Assembly: GCA_965603825.1 (NCBI GenBank)
Contig: CBFDEM010000063.1
Span: forward strand, 1 to 64,000
Source: Blepharisma stoltei ATCC 30299
Taxonomy: Eukaryota; Protista; Ciliophora
DNA: 64,000 nucleotides
Reading direction: 5' to 3'
The position numbers and the translations under genes are program-made. Of the stretch, positions 52,621 through 64,000 are shown piece by piece; the stretch's first letter is position 1; every line of letters starts with the position of its first letter. Below the pieces are notes generated by a model. It made no database searches. It was not told the origin of the DNA and saw only the letters and a list, made by a program, of their open reading frames with translations.

Positions 52621-53015
52621 TTATATAATTTTACAGTCTTAGTTCATAATAACATAATAGAACCTATTTTTAGTTATTAGATTAAATTTTTATAGTGCAT
52701 CTCTTTATGTTTTTATTATTCCTATAGTTAGAAATCATTCACAATAAAATTTATTTTATCTCTTATATAATTAGCTTTATATAAAAGGTAATATTATAAT
52801 CTAAAGCACTTTAAGCCTAAATAATATATCTGAGAAAAATCAAAGAATATGCCATATTTATACATCTATAAATATCTTATAAGTGTTAAATATTTCAGTA
52901 ATTAATCTTAGTCTTTAGAAAATTAAAATTATTCTATAGAATTTATCATTAAAAATTGTTTTACTTATGAATCCCAATAATATTCCTATTATTTTATATA
53001 TTTTTTATAAATAAA

Positions 53016-56000
53016 ATGTTTGAAGGGTTGATTGAAAAAATTCTCCTTGCCAAACTTGGAAAATTCATAGAAGGTTTAAGCAAAGATAGCTTAAAAGTTG
53101 GGATTTTAAGCGGCGACATCACTCTAGAAAATGTTTTCTTAAAACCTGATGCCCTTCTGATGATGCAAATCCCTATCATCATCCGATACGGCTGCATCAA
53201 AAAGCTTGCAGTCAAAATTCCATGATCAAAATTATCAGAATCTCCAGTCGAGCTAGTTCTTGAAGGTCTTTATATTGTTGTAATTCCTCAAGAGAAAAGT
53301 GAATGGGATTATAGTGAGCAAGGAGAAATCATTAAAAGGAAAGAATTTATAGAAGCATGCGAAACCAAAAGAAAACAAATTCAAGAACAAAAACAGCTAT
53401 CAGCAGAAGACGAAGTAAAACAAAAATCGTTTATTGAAAAATTGACATTGAGAATTGTAGATAACCTTAAATTGACTATAAAAGATATCAATGTGAGGTT
53501 TGAGTATATGATAGAAGACAGATGTTTTTCTGCTGGGATTACATTGAATAGGATCGAAAGTTTTACAACAGATGCTAATTGGACTGCATTTTTTACAGAT
53601 AGATTTCAAGCAGGCCAAGACAGCGGAATTATAAACAAGCTGGTAAACATCGTGAATTTCTCGATTTATTGGAATAGTGAAGATTCAAATTTATTAAACT
53701 TTTTGAGCTCAAAAGAAGAAATACAAAAATGCTTGAAGCTGCAAATTGATAATTGTGAAAGCAATCAAAATATTATCTCTCCTAGTAATTTATAATTAGT
53801 CACCGCACAGGTAAAAATCACCCATTACAACTTATGGTCAGGATTTGAAAATCCTCAATACAAAATCTTACTTATTTTCCCTGACGTAAAATTTGTTTAC
53901 AAGCAAAACCAATTCCACGATTGTGTCAAATTATTTGAATACTTCGCTGATTTCAACCAATTCATACTAAAAATGTAATTTCTATGAAGCGAACATAAGA
54001 AAAAATTCAAAGCTTGAAGCCCTGACATAAAAAATGCTAGAAATCTCTGACAATTTGCTATCAACTGCGTTTTAAAATCAGTCAAACAAAAGAAAAACAG
54101 GGCAATTGATATGTTCAAGCTCACAAAATCAAAAAAAGATTACTATCAAGAACAGTTTAAAATGCTCAGCCGTGAATTGCGCCAAAAAGGCTCGTTATCT
54201 AAAGAAAAAGAAGATCTCTATAATAAAATTATTTTCATATCAGAATATGACGATCTTTCTGAATGAACCAATCATGTTATAGCTGTTGTCGAGCATGAAG
54301 AAGAAGCCAAAAAAAATAAAAAAACCAGTTGGTTCAGCGTATTTGGGAAAAATAAAGACAAAGCTAAAGGAAATGAAGAAGAAAAATATGAAGAAATTTT
54401 TAAAAATGTAAACAGCTCAGCTTCACTTCAAGATAATATTCCTCCAAGCTATGTATGGATGAAGCTTGATTTTGAGCTTCATCAGAGCTCTATTGAGATT
54501 TCTAAAAAAAATGTAAAAGGGGAAAACGAGAAAATTGTATTTGTGTGCCAAAATTTGTATTATCATTTGGACATGAGAAGAGATGGAGGGGATATGAGCT
54601 TGAATATTCATGATCTTTATTTGGCTTCAATAGATGAAAATGAAGAAATTATTATTTGTAAACAGTTGAGCCAAAGTGAAACACCGTTTATAAGAGCTGC
54701 GATAAATCTAAAGCCACTTGATTTAGACTGTGCTGCATATTTTGCATTCAGGTCGCAGCCATTTGAAGTTATTTATAACTCAAAAGCATTGTCCAGGATT
54801 TTATCGTTTTTTGTAGTCCCAAGCTCTCACCAAGCTGCTAAAGTCATCGCAGGGGATATTCTTCAATCAATTGCAGACACAAGTCAAGAAACAATTACCG
54901 ATCTCCTGTATGGTGAATCAAAATATATAGTCAATATTTCTGCTTGCGGGCCTAAATTGAAATTTCCCTCTAAAAACAAGGTTCTAATCATAAGTTTAGG
55001 AGATTTAGACATTTGCACAGAGGATAGTTCACAAGATGATTATTATAGTAGATATCAATGCTCACTAAAATCAATTGAAATGGTAGCTTGCTCAAAAAGA
55101 GTAACTACAGAAATCGTCTCAAAATTCGACATTTATACATCAATTGATTTTTTAAAGTCAAAATACCAAAAGCGTAAAAAATACGGGCTTTTTGAACAAA
55201 ATGTGACGAGTGTTAAAACAAAAATTCAGCTGCCACTGCTGAATATTACGGTTTCTCCTGCTATTTATGAGCAGCTTTTAGAAGTAGAAAAATCAATAAA
55301 ACTTGAAGATGAGGCTGCCTTATGCATTTCAACTGATAAGGCAGAAATTCTTAAAAATTCTTTATTATCATCGCCCTTACAAAAACTTGGAACCAATATG
55401 CAGTTATGATATAATTATCATGCTGTTTTATCAGAAAGCTATATTTATTTCTTTAAAGACGAAAGTGATGAAATCGCTGATACAAGCTACTACATCAAAG
55501 ATTGCAACCTGATTTTGCAAGAAATCAATAAAATAAAGCTTGAAAATCGCTATGGTGAGTGTATTTTATGCTTCTCATCCCCAGATCTCTATGAAATTTG
55601 GTTAAAAACTTTAAATAAACAAATATCTGACCTTTCCTCCACAAAAAGTGCAGCTGTATCATTAGAAAGAGCTAGGCCAGGAAACCATCTTGCCAATATA
55701 GTATTTTTTGCCAACGAAATTAGCTGCAAGCTGCTTGATGAAGAAGATTATTTATTGTGCGAATTTAAATTGAGCGAAATTATCAATGAGTTTAATATAA
55801 GGCCATATGACGTCAAAATTTTGTCTAAACTTCAGCATTTTGAAATGATAGGGTTTAAACAAAACCATTCTGAAGAAGTCGAGACTTTAGCAAAAAGTTC
55901 TGATGAAAATGAACTGATAGGAATTGAAATTTTAGTAGCAAATAGCCAATCGCCATATTTTAAAGGAGAAGATATAAGCTTAACCATAAGATTTGGGAGC

Positions 56001-59000
56001 CTGAATGTGATTTTTAACCCAGATTTAATAAGAAAAATTTTTTGGTTTTTTACACTGACGCCAAAAAATGAAGTCAAAAAATCATCTAAAACTGCATCGA
56101 TAAACCCTGACCATATCTTGTGCCATACCATAATTTTTATAAATTCAATATCAGCCACTCTTATTACAAATGAAACCCCATTCCCACTCGCTTTATCAAA
56201 TGTCCAAGATCTCTATTTAGAAATTTTCATAAAAAATGGCTCAGTCTCTGTGATAGGTAGTTTAAAAAATTTAGAAATCAGTGACTTGACAAATTATCCT
56301 TACACTGGGGAGCTTTCTTCAAGTATGCCTTCTAAGCTGTTTTCTATAAGACAAAACGAAGAAAGCCTATTATCTTTCTCCTTCGTTAGCTATGATAAAG
56401 ATAACTTTAAGAAGCCAGCTGATAGGGACTCAATATTAGATTTAAATATGAACTCAATTTGTGTGAATTTTATGCAGCAGCCTGTTATGAGACTTATTGA
56501 TGTTTTTATGATGAAAATTTTGACAATGTTTGATAGCAAAAAATTAATTGCGGACTATTTATCAAATGATGTGAATTTTACGAGCATAAATGTGACGGTA
56601 AATAATCCTTTAATATATCTGAGTCCTTATCCTGGCCATAATGGAATTTTTGTGGTAGATTTGGGAAATATTCAATTATCAAATAAAAGATTAGAAAATG
56701 AAGGATTTTTTAATGATGTTTATATGGTGACCTTAAAAAATATGAATTTAAGGTCAAATTATCAAAAAATTAGTGAGAATTTTGAGGTCAGGCTAGATAT
56801 TTTGACAAATGTTTATTCAGTACTTCAAGAAAACAACCTGGAGTTAGACAGAAGTATTAAAATTATTGGAGAAAGTGACAGAATAAAGCTCCATTTTTCT
56901 CAAAATGATTATGCTTTATTGATGAGGCTTCTAAAATTCAATTTAGCCTATGATGATCAAAGGAATGATTGATTCTTTTATGGTAAAAATTCAAATTCTA
57001 TAATATACAATGCCCAAAAATCTTTAATTTTGCTGTTCAAAATGTCAATAAAAGATTTTTCTATATTATTTATTGAAAATTCAATTAAAATATTAGAAGT
57101 GTTTGTACTTGGTCAAAATCTTGAAGTAAAACAATTTACTGATAAAAACATAAAAATGTCATATTCATGTCATAATTTATGTGGGCTAATCAATACATAT
57201 TCTAGCAAAAATGAGGTAGAAAGACAAAAAACTCAGCAAATTTTTAGTGTCCCAACAGACAGTGTGATAAAAAACATTGAATTCCAAGATGATGGAACCC
57301 CATCCTCTTTAGTTCTTTTTGGCCCAATAAATGATAATTTTGAATATAGTCCACCAATACTAGACTTGTCAATTAATTATGGAGCTGATGGAAGTCAAGA
57401 TATTCATATAGAAATGAATGAAATCAGGATTAATTTTCACCTTGGCATATTTTTGGAATTATCAAATTATTTTTCAAAAAATTTAGTATCGCCAGAAGAA
57501 TTTGAAAATATCACACACAAGTCCCCATATGCTTCAAAAAATAATTTTTCTCCAAAGCCTTCACTTCACTTTTCTCTTTTTATAACCTCCCCTATCATTG
57601 TAATTCCTTCATTGGTGACTAATAGAGTTTTAGCTCTCCAATCAGATATTGAACTTACTTATTCAATAAGCTATTGTTGGCAAGGGACTAAAATAGAAGA
57701 ATTAATTATCCAGCTTATAAAAATTGAAAAATTTGAAATATATAGCTGTTTACTTGATGATTTATCAGGAAAAAACTCTTTCCAAAACATCCAGAAAAGA
57801 AAAATAATAGAGCCAGTTCAAGTTTCTCTAGAATTGAAAAATGAAAATATTGAAGGCTTAATTACAGGTAGAAATCTTTATCAAATCGGCTGCTTTTATA
57901 TTACGATTTCTTATAAAGATTTATTGCTCATTAATGATGCCTTAAATATTCAATTAGAATCCAAAGAAAAATATGATGGAAATTCGGGCCTATCTAAAAA
58001 TAGTAATACGAAAAAATATATTATTGAAGAAAAACAAAATAAAGACATCACAAATATTTTTAGTGTCCAAGGATTGAAATTGATTATTATAAATGATGCC
58101 TCTGGAGCTTATAGCCCAGTATTAAATTTTGAAACTCAACCATTTTCTTTTAAGATGTCACAGCAAAATGATTTGTGTGATATGAGAGGGATTATAGAAA
58201 TCAAGTCTGATTATTATAATCCACGAATTGATATTTGGGAGCCTTTCATAGAGCCAATTATGATTCGGGTTGAATATAAGCATAACCCTAATCTTTTACC
58301 TCAGAAGCAGGCTGTCTTTTTAGTTGATGATTCTAACCCTTTCAATATAAATCTTACTGAAGTCATGATTTCTCACTTTTTGTGGGTTTCAAATACCTGA
58401 AATGACAAAAATTCTCAAATTTATAGTGACTGCTTAGAAAAAGTATCCCCACTCTGCATATATAACGACCTAGGCTACACAATAATTGTTGAAAAAAACT
58501 CAAATATTTCTAAAAATGACCATGGTTTTGTTATGATAATTGAGCAAGGCAAATTTTCTGACTACGAATTTAAAACTAGTGATACCAGAGTGATGGAGTT
58601 TTCTCAAAGCTATTTAAACATCACAATCTATGATTCCGAAATCCCTTGTGAGCCCATCACAAATGTCCCATTCAATAGAGTTCAGTCTTTAACCTACAAC
58701 TTTTCCTTAAAAAATCAAAAATACCCAGTTATAATTGATATAGAGCTTAAAGAGTCACGAAAGCTTTTAAGAGTAAAATCCCCAATTACTATTATAAATC
58801 AAACAAATGCTGATATGAAAATTCTACTTCACAATGGTTTTAAAACAGAAGAAAAATTTTGCGAAATCAGCAAAAGCTGCATAGTCCCAGTCGATTTTAC
58901 TAAAAGCTTATTTGGAGCTGCTCCTATCTGTTTTGGCGGAGACCCAAAACTTCATAGTTTTCAAGAGTTTTGTTCCAATAAAAACGGATATTCTATAGAG

Positions 59001-62000
59001 ATGAAATGCGAAGAATTTTATTTTATTATGCTGCTTAAAAAAGACAAAATAAACCCAGAGAAAAAAACTATTCTTTTATGCCCAACTTTTATTATCAGAA
59101 ATTTCTTACCAAATATGATGACTATGAATTTATTTTGCCAGAGTCAGTATCAGTCAAATGTGGAGGATTTAGAAATTGAGTCTGGAGGAAGTGCATCTGT
59201 TTATAATGCGTTTAGTGGATCAGAAATCCAGTATTCTGTAATGGTAGCACCATATATAAGGTCTCCTCAAACGCTATTATTTTCTAAAAAAAAGCCGCCT
59301 CCAAAAACAATGACGCTGCTAGATCCGTTTCTTCAAGAAACAAAAATAAATATAGAATACCAGCATAATGGAAGCAGAATTTTTACATTTTATCCTATTG
59401 CAGTAATCATAAACTCCACAGCTCTGCCTTTGTCATTTTTCTATAAAAATGCAGGTGGAGCCAAACCGTTTGCAGGGCAATGTGATAGACTAAATATAAT
59501 TCCTATTCAAAACGAAAACAAAATCGCGATAGGATATGAGGTTGCAAAGTCAAAATTTTTCAAAATAGACGCAGTAGGGCTGAAAAATATTATAGAATTT
59601 GAGAGTCCTAAAAGAATAAAATATCAATTTACTTATGAAGTCACCCTTAACAGAGTCGTTGAAAACGAAATGCTCTTCATGAGAGCCGTAAAAATTGCAC
59701 CAAGGTTTTTATTTGTGAATTTAATGAATGATGATCTGCTAATAAAGCAACACAACAGCACAGGCGAGTTTTTATTAGCTAGAGAGTCAAGGGAACCTTT
59801 CCATTGGATGGACTCTACAAAAGATGAATTAATTGCTATCACTATCCCTGGACAAATTTGGAACTATTCAGGCGTTTTTTCTATATCAAGCATAGAAGCT
59901 CTGACACTTCAGCTAAAAAATCTTTATGATCCAGGCATTTTTAAGCTGATAAAAGTAGAAGTCAGACTTATCGAAAGCATTGCATATGTAATGTTCCAAG
60001 AAGAAAATACTGAAAATTCGTCATATAGACTAGAAAACTGCTCCAGCAACTTTTTTGTGTCTATTTATCAAAAAGGCTATAAAGATGACGAAAGATGGGT
60101 CGACTGCAATTCTTCGCTGCCTTTTGCATGGACTGAGCCATTTTATGAAAATATTTTGGTCGTTGAGTTTTTCTATGGGTCTTTTGGGTGTATACCAGAG
60201 AGATATGAAGAAATCAAGGAGTTTTCATTTAATAAAAATCGGGTTAACTATGAGATTGGTGTGAATGTTGGGAAAGAAGTGTTTTTTATATATGCAGCGA
60301 CTTATAATCAAGGGTCAATGAAAATTCTCAAAATTTCTGATTTGCCGCTTAATGAGGATTCTAATGATATTTCAAATATACATACTCAATGAATGCTGAC
60401 AATTCCATGTTTAGGGATTTCTTTGATAGAAAATTCGCATGAGCATACAAGGGAACTTTTATATCTAAATTTCAGCGATATCATTCTATTAACCCAGCAA
60501 ACCAAAAATATGAACAGAACAGAACTAGCAGTCAAAAATTTCCAAATTGATAACCAATTAAACCAAAACGCTGTTTTCCCAGTTCTTCTTTACTTTCCAA
60601 GCATTCAAAACAACGCTATCACTATGCTAATTTCTACAAGTACAAATACAGTGAAAAATTACTTTTATTTCGAAACCTTAGAAGTAGTATTTCAGCCCAT
60701 AAATCTAAACGTTGAAAGCAGCATGGTAAAGAAGCTCCTTAGTGTCTCTTCCCGCATACATTTCAATAAAGGCGCAATAGAACTGTCCACTTCCACTTAT
60801 ACCAAGCATTTCCATCCAAGCTGATCCTTTGAAGATACTCTTTATTTAGACTTGACATTTTATTTTGAAAGCTTTTCTTTATCTCCATCAAAAATAATTC
60901 TCTCTTATACCCCTATTCAAGAAGAAAAAGAAAATAAAGCAAAATCCTTTGATGTCCTCATAAAAGCTTTAGGGATGGCTATCACTGCTGTTGAAGAAGC
61001 TCCAATTGAATTTTCTGAGGTAAAAATGACAGATCTATATGGAACGCAATCACAAATTATGTCAGCATTAACGACTCATTACAAAACACAATTAACTGGT
61101 GGACTTATCCATTTAATTGGCCATTCTGTAGTATTAGGAAATCCTGTAGGCCTGCTCAATAATCTGAAGACTGGAATTTCTGATTTTTTCAATAAGCCTA
61201 TTGATGGGATGTCAGGAGGGGCGAAAGGGGCTGGAAAAGGCTTTATCCAAGGTGCAGATTCGCTAATGAAAAATACAGTCCAAGGTGCTTTTGGGACTGT
61301 CTCTATGGTCACTAATACAGTGGCGACAGGAATTTCATCAATAACAAGCGACAAAGAATATATGATGGAAAGGCAGCAGGACAAAGTAAAAAATAAACCA
61401 AAAAATATTTTCCAAGGACTTGGAATGGGCGCTTCATCACTTTTTAAAGGAATTGGCAAAGGGATTACTGATATCGCCACAAAACCTATTAAAGGGTATA
61501 AAAAAGATAAAGGAAAAGGAGCAATTAAAGAAACTGGAAAAGCTATGGCAGGGCTCATAACAAAACCTATTGCAGGTGTTTTTGATGCTGTAACACAAGC
61601 AGCAGAAGGCATAAAAAATAGCGCTAGCAATAGAATTCCACCATCTGCGCACAAAAGGTCAAGACTGCCTAGACCAGTCTATGGAGAGAATTCTATGATA
61701 AAATGCTATAATAATAATGACGCATATGTAGTATTTGAATTAGCGAAAAAAGACAAAACCTTTATAAATGAGAAATTCATGGCTATGGACAGTGGGACTG
61801 ACCAAAAAAGAAATCAATGACTTCTTGCTCTTTATGAGACTAAAATCACACTTATTGACGCAGACAGTTTCGCGATTAAGTGGATCATACATTTAAAAAT
61901 GATTGAAATCATAGAAATTATGGAAAATGGATGTGCGATTCATATTGTTCAGGATGAAAATAATAGAGCTAAAGGCAGATCATGCTTCTTCGTACCCATA

Positions 62001-62060
62001 AATACTCCAAGGATTATTGAAATACTAGGAGAAAGAATTAGTGTGTTTAAATCTCAATAA
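53016..62060 (+). CDS. VPS13: VPS13-family lipid transfer protein with internal PH domain, ~3004 aa, two introns
   Basis: Chorein N-terminus MFEGLIEKILLAKLGKFIEGL...KIP[TGA=W], YYNPRIDIWEPFIEP, VAB repeats, FQIDNQL and LGNPVGLL C-terminus; all pieces in one frame. Confidence 0.95.
53785..53799 (+). other. 15-nt spliceosomal intron
   Basis: GTAATTTATAATTAG; in-frame TAA. Confidence 0.9.
53975..53989 (+). other. 15-nt spliceosomal intron with AAG acceptor
   Basis: GTAATTTCTATGAAG; removes an in-frame TAA; A at -6. Confidence 0.82.
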
Positions 62061-62193
62061 AACTATAATTATTTCCTTTAAATAATAGATCATTGTTTTA
62101 AATACCCTTTGGGATAATTTTTATTAAAAATTTTCTTATCCCATATTCCATGGAATTTTTGCTTCTAAATTGTAAGTAATTATTACTGGACAG

Positions 62194-64000
62194 ATGTCAG
62201 AGCAGGCAGCTCAAGCCAACACAGTGAATAAAAAGGCATCAATCTTTAAAATTCTCCCACCAAGGCCAGCTAAAACTAACTTTTACATTACAGACTTTTT
62301 TACGAACATTGACGAAGTTACCAAGCCAACTTTTCTTGAAAGAAATACTGCACGATCCAAAATCATCAGCTTTCTTACAGGTTTTCATGTACTAAACCCT
62401 ACCACTTGTCTAGCTTTAATAATTCTTGGTCTTTTAACCTCGCTCTTTGCATTTGGTATTGAATATGCTACATTGAAGCTTTTTGAATTCAGAGAATTTT
62501 GTTCAGAGACAGGCATTATGAGTCTTGATCTCTTTATATGGGTAATATTTTCTTTGTTTTTTGGATTCTGTGCTGCATCAGTAGGAAAATATATAAGTCA
62601 AGATGCTGAAGGCATAGGAATTCCTGAAATAAAATCGATTTTATCAGGAGTTAGAATTAACCGCTTTTTAAGCTACAGAATTTTTTACGCAAAGGTCCTA
62701 GGCTTTATTTCAGCATGTGCTGCAGGATTAAGTATAGGCAGCGAAGGCCCATACGTTCATATCTCAGGGATTATTGCAAACAAATTGACAAAAATTAAAA
62801 TTTTCAGGCATCTGCGCGTTGTAATATTTTATTTAGAATCTTACGTTAAGAAATCAAATTCTAGGCGCTGCAGTAGCCGCTGGGATTGCTGCAAAATTTG
62901 GCTCGCCTATAGGAGGAATGCTATTCAGTATAGAGGTAACAGCGACTTATTATATTGTCAATAACATGTGAAGAGGCATTTTCTGCGCAATTTGGTGCGT
63001 TATTGGATTTTGGATTGTGAGAAGCGGGAATGCGACAGAATTTTTTGAATTGACTAGTCTGCCTAGTATTGAGCTTACCTATGAAATCTTCTTTTTTATG
63101 ATTTTAGGGGTGATTTCTGGGCTTCTAGGGTCTTTTATTGTATTTGCTACCAATAAACTGACATTTTACCGGACAAGAGCTTATTTCCCAGCAATTCATA
63201 GCCGCTATGTGTACACCCTTATAATTGTCTTGATAATCTCTATCATTACCTTTTATATTCCATTTATGCATGTAACTGAAAAAACAGTCCTAAACACCAT
63301 GTTTAAATCAGGGTATATCCCTACCAATACAGAAGCTGACTGGCATTTATTTGGTTTAGGCTTAGATATGCTGCTATATATTGTTATAAAAACAATTATA
63401 TCTATATTAAGCTTTACCTGCCCAGTCCCATTTGGAGTATTTTCCCCAGTATTTACAATAGGTTCAGTATTAGGAAGATTAACAGGGTACGTTATAGATA
63501 ATTCTGTAGGGACAATTTATACAGGAGTTTACGCAGTTGTAGGGGCTGCATCAGTAACAGCCTCAGTCACCCACTCTTTATCAGTCGCTATAATTGTCTT
63601 TGAAATCACTGGTCAGATTTCCTTTTTACTTCCTATGATGGTTTCTGTCCTTATATCTTTCGCAATCAGCAATTGGCTTGGGATGTCTATATATGATGCA
63701 ATATTAGAGCTAAAAGGCTTGCCATACCTGCCAGGTATAAAGCCTTCTAATTTATATTCATATGCAGCTAAGGACGCAATTGGAAGCGATTTTACATATG
63801 TAAAAAATGACGCGACTATCAGAGATTTCATAAATGCAGTCGAAGAAGCAGGAGTTTCCCTGAATAAAATCCCTATTGTAGACGATAAAATGACTTTGAT
63901 TAAAGAATTATCAGTAAGTGGCATTAGGGAATATTTGAAAAAATATTACAGCGAGTATCCTGAATACTTGCCACCTTTTTCTAGGGATAGATTGGACGCT
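62194..64000 (+). CDS. CLC-family chloride channel, truncated by window end; one 16-nt intron
   Basis: GIGIPE, GSEGP, FGSPIGGMLFSIEVT, GVFSP and SIYD motifs; start of a CBS domain. Confidence 0.93.
62821..62836 (+). other. 16-nt spliceosomal intron
   Basis: GTAATATTTTATTTAG; removal restores the CLC frame (…HLRV|NLTLRNQILGAAVAAG). Confidence 0.93.

Noticed and set aside
3031-64000. In-frame TGA as selenocysteine or as pseudogene stops
   Set aside because: TGAs align to conserved Trp rather than Cys and occur throughout otherwise intact genes
1-64000. tRNA, rRNA, snRNA, telomerase RNA, transposase or CRISPR features
   Set aside because: None recognised by eye; tRNAscan-SE and Infernal would be needed to exclude divergent RNAs

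Overview
Left end of a ciliate macronuclear chromosome, most likely a Blepharisma-like heterotrich. Three signatures support this: a ~2.93-kb (CCCTAACA)n telomere, UGA decoded as Trp (it falls at invariant Trp positions such as DHHCP-W, ADHLG-W-F, KIP-W and NM-W-RG), and 15-16-nt GT-AG introns. Re-reading with UGA=Trp and removing twelve tiny introns merges the fragmented ORF track into about 26 densely packed genes. They include a TmcB-like PAS membrane protein, a Cys-rich/LamG-like surface protein, zf-DNL, GOT1, an EF-hand protein, an axonemal dynein light chain-domain protein, a SHAQKYF Myb, MCM8, a SAXO-like protein, an LRR protein, a mitochondrial carrier, a DHHC palmitoyltransferase, a 2559-aa Trp-rich/coiled-coil/EF-hand giant, SRR1, VPS13 and a CLC channel (cut by the window end). 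Most notable observations: an ESV1/LESV-like Trp-rich N-terminal domain on the giant protein; four loci that all need the same -1/+2 frame correction; strongly gene-specific UGA vs UGG usage; a cryptic 15-nt intron that could fuse an upstream ORF to MCM8; a homologous segment shared by two neighbouring genes; 15-40-bp gaps between co-directional genes; and a GIGIPE CLC filter variant. Family calls come from motif recognition by eye, not database searches.
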